This document shows, piece by piece, positions 55,915-64,000 of a stretch of 64,000 bases of DNA; the stretch's first letter is position 1, and every line of letters begins with the position of its first letter. A model generated the notes under the pieces. The model saw only the letters and a program-made list of their open reading frames with translations. It searched no databases and was not told the origin of the DNA. Source of the DNA: an uncultured delta proteobacterium (GTDB taxonomy: Bacteria > Myxococcota > Myxococcia > Myxococcales > Anaeromyxobacteraceae); contig CAVYBH010000012.1 of NCBI GenBank assembly GCA_963766715.1, forward strand, positions 512,001 through 576,000. The letters are read 5' to 3'. The translations under genes and the position numbers were made by a program.

Positions 55915-56511
55915 ATGACCCTTGCTCGCGCTGCTCTGCTCGTCGCCTCGTCCGCGGTCCTCGCCTGTGCCACCCCGTCTGGAACTCCCATCCCGGTCAG
56001 CACGCCGGCCCCCGGGGAGACCAAGCCCCGGGACTTCCAGGCCACCGGCGAGGTCTTCTTCTGGGCGACCGTCGGGACCGGGACGAGCGCAGCCTTCAAC
56101 GACTTCCGGATCGTCGGACCGCAGGCCAACATGACGCGCGACGCGAACGGCCAATGGGGCGGCGACATCGCCGGGAAGAACCTGATCCTGACCGTGCAGC
56201 CGGGCCGGATCACGGGCGACGGGGTGAACCTCTTCGTCGTTCGCAAGGGCACGACCGTGAGCGTCCAGGGCATGTTCGGCCAGCGACAGGTCTGGGTGAC
56301 CTTGAAGCCGAACGAGATCCAGGGCACCACCGACTCCAACCGGTGCTCCGTCGACCTCACGCTCAGGAGCCCGGGCGTCTTCTCGGGTGGCGTGGGCTGC
56401 GGCGGCAATCTCACCGTCTCGACGCTCCAGCTCACCGGGGCTGCGGCGAACCTCGAGAGCCCCACCATGCCGCAGATGGTCCTCGCGCTCATCGACGTCC
56501 TGCCGTACTGA
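55915..56511 (+). CDS. uncharacterised beta-rich lipoprotein
   Basis: VLAC lipobox; paralog of 1108-1702. Confidence 0.75.
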   Translation: MTLARAALLVASSAVLACATPSGTPIPVSTPAPGETKPRDFQATGEVFFWATVGTGTSAAFNDFRIVGPQANMTRDANGQWGGDIAGKNLILTVQPGRITGDGVNLFVVRKGTTVSVQGMFGQRQVWVTLKPNEIQGTTDSNRCSVDLTLRSPGVFSGGVGCGGNLTVSTLQLTGAAANLESPTMPQMVLALIDVLPY

Positions 56512-56524
56512 CCCGGCGAGGCCG

Positions 56525-58439
56525 TCAACGCCGGACGGGGGCTCGCGTGGGCAGCCGCGCCAGGGCCTCGATCGCCGCCCGCCGGACGTCGACGTAGTAG
56601 TCGGACCGCAGCGCCTCCAGCCGGGCGGCGGCGCTCTCGTGCCGGATCCGGCCCAGCGCACGCGCCGCGGCCGCCCTCAGGGCTGGGCGGTCGCTCGTGA
56701 GCTCGGCAGCCAGCGGATCGCCCGCCTCGGAGGCCCCGAGCGACCCGATCGCCTCGACGATCTCGAGGCGTCCGGCAGTCCGTCCCGAGGCCAGGGCGGC
56801 GAGGAGCGGTGCGACCGCCTCCACCTTCCCGAGCCGGCCCAGGGCGGCCGCCGCCGCGCCGGGCTCCGGCCCGTCGAGCAACTGCGCGAGGGCGGGGACC
56901 GCCCGGGGGTCGCCCGTTGCCGCGAGCGCCCCCGCAAGCGCAACGCCCTCCTCGCCGGGCGGACGACCGGCCGCCGCAGCGGCGAGCGCCGGGAGCCCCG
57001 GGCCTCCCAGCGAACCCAGCGACCCGAACGAGGCGGTCCGGACCGCCAACTCCGGGTCGCTCGCCAGGCGTTCCAGGGTCTCCCTGGCCTCCGGGGAAGC
57101 GGAGCGGGCCAGGGAACGGGCGGCGGCCGCGCGGAGGCGGGGGTCGGGGTCCGCGACCAGGCGAGCCACGAGCGGCGCCGACAGCGTCCGGCGCCAGCTG
57201 GGCCAGCGCCACCGCGATCTCGCCGAGCTCGTCCCCCGCCGCCGTGGTCGCGCGCCGCTGCAGGGCCGGGACTGCCGCGGGATACGGCGCATGGCCGAGG
57301 GCCCGGGCCGCGGCGGTCCGGAGACGCGCGTCGGTGCTCGACTGGAGCAGCGACACCGCCTTGTCGCCAGGTCCCTTGAGGCGCTCTCCGCGAAGGCCGA
57401 GTGCCCCGAACGCAGCCAGCGCCGCTGCCGCTTCCGGTCCTCCCCGGCCGATGCGCTGGGCGAGGGCGCGTTCCGGACAGTCGGCCTCGCGGGACCGGGC
57501 GCCGGCCGCGGCGTGCTCCGCCACGGTCGGGTCGATCGAGCGAACCGCCACCTCGCAGAGGGCGACGCCGACCTCCGGAGCGGGCGGCATCGCCTCGAGC
57601 GCCGACGCCGCCGCGAGCGCGACGCGCCCCGGCGCCGTGCTGCCCGCATCGGCGAGCGACTCGGCTCCCCGGACGTCGCCCACGTTGCCGATTCCCCAGG
57701 CCGCCGCCTCCGCGACGTCTGCCCACCGGGAGCGAAGCAGGGCCTCGAGCGGCTCGACCACCGCGCCGTCCCCCGACCAGCCGAGCCCGCGGGCGGTCGC
57801 CGCCGCCAGGACGGGATCGGTCGACCCCTCGTCCACGATGGGCAGCAGGAGCCGCACGGCCTCGGCCCGGCCGCTCCGCCCGAGCTCCTCGGCGGCGCCG
57901 GGAGCCGCCGCCGTTCCGGTGGCGAGTGCGCGGGCGTTCCGATCCCACAGCCATCTCGCCTCGGCCTCCACCGCGTCCCGGAGCGATCCCCCGATGACCT
58001 GGAGCCCCGCGGCGATCTCCGCGCGCCCCCGCGCGTCGGCCCGGCCGTAGGCGCCCGCCAGGGCGACACCCACCCGCTGCTGGAGCTCGGCCGCTGCGCG
58101 TGCGTCGGCCTTCGGGCCGCCCGGACGGAGGGACGCGAGCGCGCGTGCCGCCGCCGCCACCACGTCCGGGTCCGGATCGGCGAGCATCGGGGCGAGCCCG
58201 TCCAGGGAGGCGCCTCCCCCGCGCGTGCCGAACGCCGCCGCCGCGGCCCTTCGCACCCGCGGGTCCGGGTCCTGCTGCGCCACGAGCAGCGGCGCGAGGT
58301 CTGCCGGGTCGCCCGAGCCGCCGAGCCGCAGGACCGCCGCGGCCCGGCGCGAGGGATCGGGGGATTCGAGGTCGCTCCGGGAGCCGGATCGGCATCCCGC
58401 GAAGGCCGTCGCGAGCAGCGCGGCGGCAATCCACCTCAC
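56525..58439 (-). CDS. HEAT-repeat lipoprotein (frameshift ~57180)
   Basis: FAGC lipobox; repeated DPDP.VR.AAA.ALG. Confidence 0.85.
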
Positions 58440-59423
58440 CGGTCCCTGCCCCGTCCCTTCGGCGCTGCACGCCCTTCACGACCGCGGGAGGTGGAGGAGC
58501 GGAGCTTTCGTGGACGCGACTCCGGCCGGCTGCGCGGGTCGCGCTCCGGCTTTCGAGGCTCGCGGCCGGGCCGGCCTTCCGCGACGGGCTCGCTCGGTCG
58601 GCCGGGGGGTGCGCCCACCGCCCGGCTCGGGCGGGCCGTGCCCGTGGCGACGCCCTGCCTTGGGGAGCGGGAGGAAGGAAGGCGCCGGCCGGGGACCCTT
58701 GAGCAGGCCGGCGGCCCGCCGCATCGTGTCGACCTCCTCGGAGGTGAGGTCGCGGTACCGCCCCGGGCGAAGCCGCGCCACCGTCACGCCTCCGAACTCC
58801 GGCCGGAAGAGGCGCAGCACCTCGAGCCCCACCGACTCGCAGAGCCGCTTCACCAGGTGGCGGCGCCCCTCGCCGACCACGATCCGGATCCAGGAGTTCT
58901 TCTCCACCTTCTCGTGGAGCGTGGCCTCGATCGCCTTCGCGGGGCCGTCCTCGAGGCGGACACCCTCGAGCAGGCGACCGAGCGCGCCGGTCGGCGGGTC
59001 GCCCTTCACCTTGACGAGGTAGGTGCGCTGGTGGCCGTAGCGGGGGTGTGCGAGCCGGTTGGCGAGGTCGCCGTCCGTCGTGAAGAGGAGCGCGCCCTCC
59101 GCGTCCCAGTCGAGCCTGCCGACGGGGAAGACCCGCTGGGTCACGCCGGTGAGGTACCGGGCCACCGTCGGGCGACCCTCGGGGTCGGAGAGCGTGGTCA
59201 CGCATCCCGGCGGCTTGTAGAGGAGGATGTACCGGTGCCGTGCGCCGGTCTCGACGGCACGACCGTCCACGACCACCTGGTCGATCTCCGGGTCGACCTT
59301 GGTTCCCATCTCCTTCACGACCACGCCGTTCACCGACACCCGGCCGGCCAGGACGAGCTCCTCCGCCTTCCGGCGGGAGGCGACGCCGGCGCCGGCCAGG
59401 AACTTCTGGAGTCGCTCCATCAT
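58436..59423 (-). CDS. rluB: RluB/RsuA-family pseudouridine synthase
   Basis: ERLQKFLA..GVASRR S4 domain, VGRLD; tail end uncertain (58476 or 58436). Confidence 0.9.
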
Positions 59424-60373
59424 GGCGCCGCTCCTCCGTCCGTACCGGGCCCGCCCTCGGGCGGGGCCTCGGGATCGAGGATGCCCTTCACCGACCGGCT
59501 GCTCGTATCGGCCCGGTCGATGGCGCGCTCGAGCTCCTCGAGCGCCGCATCCCCCTCCTCGCGCCCCTGCTCCATCGCGGCGCGGAGGTTGGGGTCGGCG
59601 AGCTCGGCGACCAGCCCTTGCAGGTTGGGCACCTCGGCCGGCGCCTCCTTCTCGACGATGTCCCGGTGCTCCTCGGAGAGCTCGTGGAACTCCCGGAGCG
59701 TGGGCATGGAGGCGAGGTCCTTCAGGGCGAAGAACTCCAGGAACTCGCGGGTCGTCCCGTAGAGGATGGGGCGGCCCGGCTCCTCCTTCTTGCCCAGGAT
59801 CTTGAGGAGCTTCCGCTCGAGGAGCGCCTTCATGACCGCGCCCGAGTCCACGCCCCGGATCTCCTCCACCTCCGGGCGCGTCACCGGTTGCCGGTAGGCG
59901 ACGATGGCGAGCGTCTCGAGGGCAGCCCGGGTGAGCCGCTGCGGCTTCACCTTCAGGAAACGGCGGGCGAAGTCGGAGGCATCCGGGGAGGTCCGGAGCT
60001 GCCACCCCTCCGCGACCTCGTGCAGCACGATCCCCGACACCCCTTCCCGGAAGTGTCCGGCGAGCTCGTCGAGCCCCTTGCGGATCCGCGCCGGCTCGAG
60101 CCCGGTGGCCTGGCGGATGGCCTCCACGGACAGCGGGCGCTCGGCCAGGAACAGCAGGGCCTCCACGATCGTCCGGGCGCGCTCCGGGGAGATGCGCTTG
60201 GCCTGGGCGGCCAGCTTCTCGAAGGGCTCCTCCCGCTCGGTGGGCCCCTCGTCGGAGACCTCGATCGCGGCCGGCTCGACCTCGTCGAGAGACGGATCGG
60301 CCTTGGCCTCCTCGGCGGCCTGCAGGGCCTGGAGCTCCTCGGGAGTGGGGCCGGGCCCCTGGTTCTCGCTCAT
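59420..60373 (-). CDS. scpB: SMC-Scp subunit ScpB
   Basis: LETLAIVAYRQPVTR.EVEEIRGV, GRPILYGTT..FL. Confidence 0.96.
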   Translation of the reverse strand: MSENQGPGPTPEELQALQAAEEAKADPSLDEVEPAAIEVSDEGPTEREEPFEKLAAQAKRISPERARTIVEALLFLAERPLSVEAIRQATGLEPARIRKGLDELAGHFREGVSGIVLHEVAEGWQLRTSPDASDFARRFLKVKPQRLTRAALETLAIVAYRQPVTRPEVEEIRGVDSGAVMKALLERKLLKILGKKEEPGRPILYGTTREFLEFFALKDLASMPTLREFHELSEEHRDIVEKEAPAEVPNLQGLVAELADPNLRAAMEQGREEGDAALEELERAIDRADTSSRSVKGILDPEAPPEGGPGTDGGAAP

Positions 60374-61239
60374 CGGTACTCCTCCACCCCTTCCACGCCG
60401 CTCGTGCCGTCACCCAGCGTCTCTCGTGCCTCGACGACGATCTCCGCCTCCGCCCCCGCCTCGTCCGCCGGGGCCTGGAAGATCCGCAGCAGCCGGAGCT
60501 TGGCCATCTCGAGCACGGCCAGGAAGGCCGAGATGACCGCGGCCCTCCCGCCGTCGCCGGAGGAGAGGAGCAGGTCCACGAACGACAGGCGCTTCCGGGT
60601 ACGCAGGACCTCGGCCACGCGGCTGATGGCGTCGGTGATCGAGAGCCGGTCGGACTCCACCTCGTGGCGGGTCTCGGGCGTCGCGTTGGCGAGCGCGCGG
60701 TCCAGCGCCTCGATGAGCCGGAACACCGAGACCTCGGCGAGCCCGTCGGGGCCGTCGGGCTGGGCGATGCGCGGCGCCCGGGCGCGGCGCGCGAAGACGT
60801 CCCGGTCGAGGATGTCGTGGCGCCCCAGCTCCTCGGCCGCGGCCTTGTACTTCTGGTACTCGAGCAGGCGGCGGACGAGCTCGGCGCGGGGGTCGCCCTG
60901 CTCCTCGGCGGGGTCGGCGTCCTCGGCCACCTCGGTGCGCGGGAGCAGCAGCTTCGACTTCACCAGCATGAGCTGGGCCGCCATCTGCAGGAACTCGCCC
61001 GCCACGTCGATGTCCATCTCCTGCATCGACTTCATCGCGAGCAGGTAGGACTCGGTGATCCGGGCGATGGGGATGTCGAAGATGTCGACCTGGTGCTCCT
61101 TCACGAGGTGAAGGAGGAGGTCGAGGGGCCCCTCGAACGGCGGCTCTCCCGCCCGGACCGGCGGCAAGGAGACGCGGAACGCCTGGGGCGCCGGGAAGTC
61201 GGCCTCGCTGGGGCCCGCGCTGGCCGGTTTGCGGCTCAT
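60370..61239 (-). CDS. scpA: kleisin ScpA
   Basis: FEGPLDLLLHL, FLAVLEM. Confidence 0.95.
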   Translation of the reverse strand: MSRKPASAGPSEADFPAPQAFRVSLPPVRAGEPPFEGPLDLLLHLVKEHQVDIFDIPIARITESYLLAMKSMQEMDIDVAGEFLQMAAQLMLVKSKLLLPRTEVAEDADPAEEQGDPRAELVRRLLEYQKYKAAAEELGRHDILDRDVFARRARAPRIAQPDGPDGLAEVSVFRLIEALDRALANATPETRHEVESDRLSITDAISRVAEVLRTRKRLSFVDLLLSSGDGGRAAVISAFLAVLEMAKLRLLRIFQAPADEAGAEAEIVVEARETLGDGTSGVEGVEEYR

Positions 61240-61257
61240 CGGATGGAGGGGTCGATC

Positions 61258-62262
<1,005 letters not shown>

Positions 62263-62273
62263 GGGGTGGGATC

Positions 62274-62948
62274 TCAGGCGATGAGGCTGGCGAGGTGGAT
62301 CATCCAGCCGATGGCGGCGTTGATGGGGCCGCCGATGAGGCGCCATCCGAAGAACACGAGGATGAGCAGCGCGAAGATGGAGAAGCGGGAGAAGGTTTCC
62401 CAGGCGGGGCGGAAGCGGGCGGGCAGGAAGGCGTCGACGATCCGGCTCCCGTCGAGCGGCGGGATGGGGAGCAGGTTGAAGATGCCCAGCACGACGTTCA
62501 TCTGGATCATGCTGTAGAGGAACGCGGCCGCGATCCCCGATGCACCGCGGCCGTCGCCGGCCGTCCCGAGGCTGGGATCGATCCGGGCCACCAGGCCGAG
62601 CAGGAGCGCCGAGACGACCCCGAGGAGGAAGTTCGATGCCGGCCCGGCCAGCGCCGTGAACATCATCCCCTTCCCCATGTTCACGCCGGGACGAAAGCGG
62701 CCGGGGTTCACCGGGACCGGCTTCGCCCAGCCGAACGGGATGTTGGTGAACACCGGCAGGAAGAAGGTGCCGATGGGATCCATGTGCGCCAGCGGGTTGA
62801 GGGTGTAGCGCCCCATGCGCATGGCCGTGTCGTCCCCGAGTCGCCGAGCGGCCCACGCATGGGCGAACTCGTGAACCGTCAGCGAGAGCAGCAGCACCGG
62901 AAGGACGACGAGGAGCCGCTGCACGATTTCGGACAACGAAGGAAACAC
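62274..62948 (-). CDS. site-2 protease (M50)
   Basis: HEFAH, GWAKPVP, NLLPIPPLDG. Confidence 0.93.
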   Translation of the reverse strand: MFPSLSEIVQRLLVVLPVLLLSLTVHEFAHAWAARRLGDDTAMRMGRYTLNPLAHMDPIGTFFLPVFTNIPFGWAKPVPVNPGRFRPGVNMGKGMMFTALAGPASNFLLGVVSALLLGLVARIDPSLGTAGDGRGASGIAAAFLYSMIQMNVVLGIFNLLPIPPLDGSRIVDAFLPARFRPAWETFSRFSIFALLILVFFGWRLIGGPINAAIGWMIHLASLIA

Positions 62949-63024
62949 CGGGATCTCCAGAGGAAAGGACGGTTGAGTAGCACCGGAGGGTCGGCGGGTC
63001 AACGAGACCCGAGACGCCGGCGGA

Positions 63025-63954
63025 TCACGCCCTCGGATGGTGCCGGGCGTGCAGGCGTCGGGCGTGGGAACGGTCCACGTGGGTGTAGATCTCGGTGGTC
63101 GACACGTCGGCGTGGCCGAGCATCGACTGGACGGCCCGGAGGTCGGCTCCCCCCTCGAGCAGGTGGGTCGCGAAGCTGTGCCGGAGCTTGTGGGGAGAGA
63201 TTCGCCGGGCGATCCCCGCGGCCCGCGCGTACCGCCCGAGGAGCTTCCAGAAGCCCTGGCGGGTCATCCGGTGGCCGCGGGGCGTGACGAAGAGGTCGCG
63301 GGTGCGCCGGCCCTTGAGCATCCGCTCCCGGGGGCCGGCCAGCCAGCCCCGCAGCGCGTCGGCCGCCGGGGCCCCGAGCGGGACGAGCCGCTCCTTGTTG
63401 CCCTTCCCGCGCGCCAGCACGACCCTCGCCTCCAGGTCGACCTGGTTCACCTCCAGGGTGACCAGCTCCGAGACCCGGAGCCCCGTGGCGTAGAGGAGCT
63501 CCAGCATGGCCCGGTCGCGCGCGCCGGCCGCGCCCGGGACGGTCCGGGGCGCCGCGAGCAGCCGGTCGACCTCCTCCCGGGAGAGCAGCTGGGGAAGCTT
63601 CCGGGTGCGGCGGGGCGCGTCCACCTCGTCGGTCGGGTCGACGGGCGCGATCCGCTCCCCCACGAGGAGCCGGTGGAGGCCGCGGATCGCGGACAGCGCC
63701 CGGGCCTGGCTTCTCGGGGAGATGCCGGAGCCGGCCAGCGCCGAGAGGTGGGACTGGACGTCCGGGCGCCCCACCTCGGCCCAGGAGGCGCGTCCGGCCG
63801 CGGCCAGGTGCGCGACGTAGCGACGGACGTCGCGTGCGTAGGACTCCACCGAGTTGGCGGCCAGCCCCTTCTCGACGCGGAGGTGGGCGAGGAAGAGGTC
63901 GAGCGCGGGGGCCAGCGGACCGCCCTCGGCGGCCGGGGGCGGAGTGCGCGCCAT
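63025..63954 (-). CDS. xerD: tyrosine recombinase XerD
   Basis: LYATGLRVSEL, TRQGFW, HKLRHSFATH, LGHADVSTTEIY. Confidence 0.95.
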   Translation of the reverse strand: MARTPPPAAEGGPLAPALDLFLAHLRVEKGLAANSVESYARDVRRYVAHLAAAGRASWAEVGRPDVQSHLSALAGSGISPRSQARALSAIRGLHRLLVGERIAPVDPTDEVDAPRRTRKLPQLLSREEVDRLLAAPRTVPGAAGARDRAMLELLYATGLRVSELVTLEVNQVDLEARVVLARGKGNKERLVPLGAPAADALRGWLAGPRERMLKGRRTRDLFVTPRGHRMTRQGFWKLLGRYARAAGIARRISPHKLRHSFATHLLEGGADLRAVQSMLGHADVSTTEIYTHVDRSHARRLHARHHPRA

Positions 63955-64000
63955 CAGAGGTCCGAGACGTCGCCCTTGCCGACGCGCACCACCACCGGCA
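63954..64000 (-). CDS. 3' end of a Sua5/YciO/YrdC-family gene (partial)
   Basis: PVVVRVGKGDVSDL* resembles the YciO C-terminus. Confidence 0.5.
   Translation of the reverse strand, partial: PVVVRVGKGDVSDL

Noticed and set aside
63025..63954. Phage or integron integrase
   Set aside because: It has XerD signatures (TRQGFW), a housekeeping context, no IntI insertion and no attC sites.

Overview
This is a very GC-rich bacterial chromosome segment. Gene content and codon style point to Myxococcota, probably Anaeromyxobacter-like (inference). Many genes, including the essential der, carry single-base frameshifts typical of unpolished long-read consensus, so most broken ORFs are probably errors. 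The window appears to span the replication terminus: a 28-bp dif site lies at 44126-44153, KOPS motifs and gene orientation flip around it, and xerD-S2P-trpS-scpA-scpB-rluB lies at the right end. From left to right it holds: (1) an island-like stretch of small lipoprotein genes next to tRNA-Sec; (2) a cN-II nucleotidase, an M16 peptidase pair and RluA; (3) a hydrolase with NatAB-type ABC, MlaEFD and MacAB-TolC; (4) tRNA-Met followed by an OMP and a degenerate stretch; (5) an SLT / MinD-like / J-HTH trio; (6) a B12 mutase operon with isobutyryl-CoA-mutase signature residues; (7) rnc, two cyclophilins, era, der, yfgM-like and bamB-like genes; (8) hbd-crt-two acyl-CoA dehydrogenases, mrp, corA and rtcA; (9) an ECF / zinc anti-sigma / tandem-STN membrane protein / lipoprotein module, the best candidate for an undescribed system. 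No CRISPR array, integron or IS was seen. All calls come from reading by eye; no searches were run.
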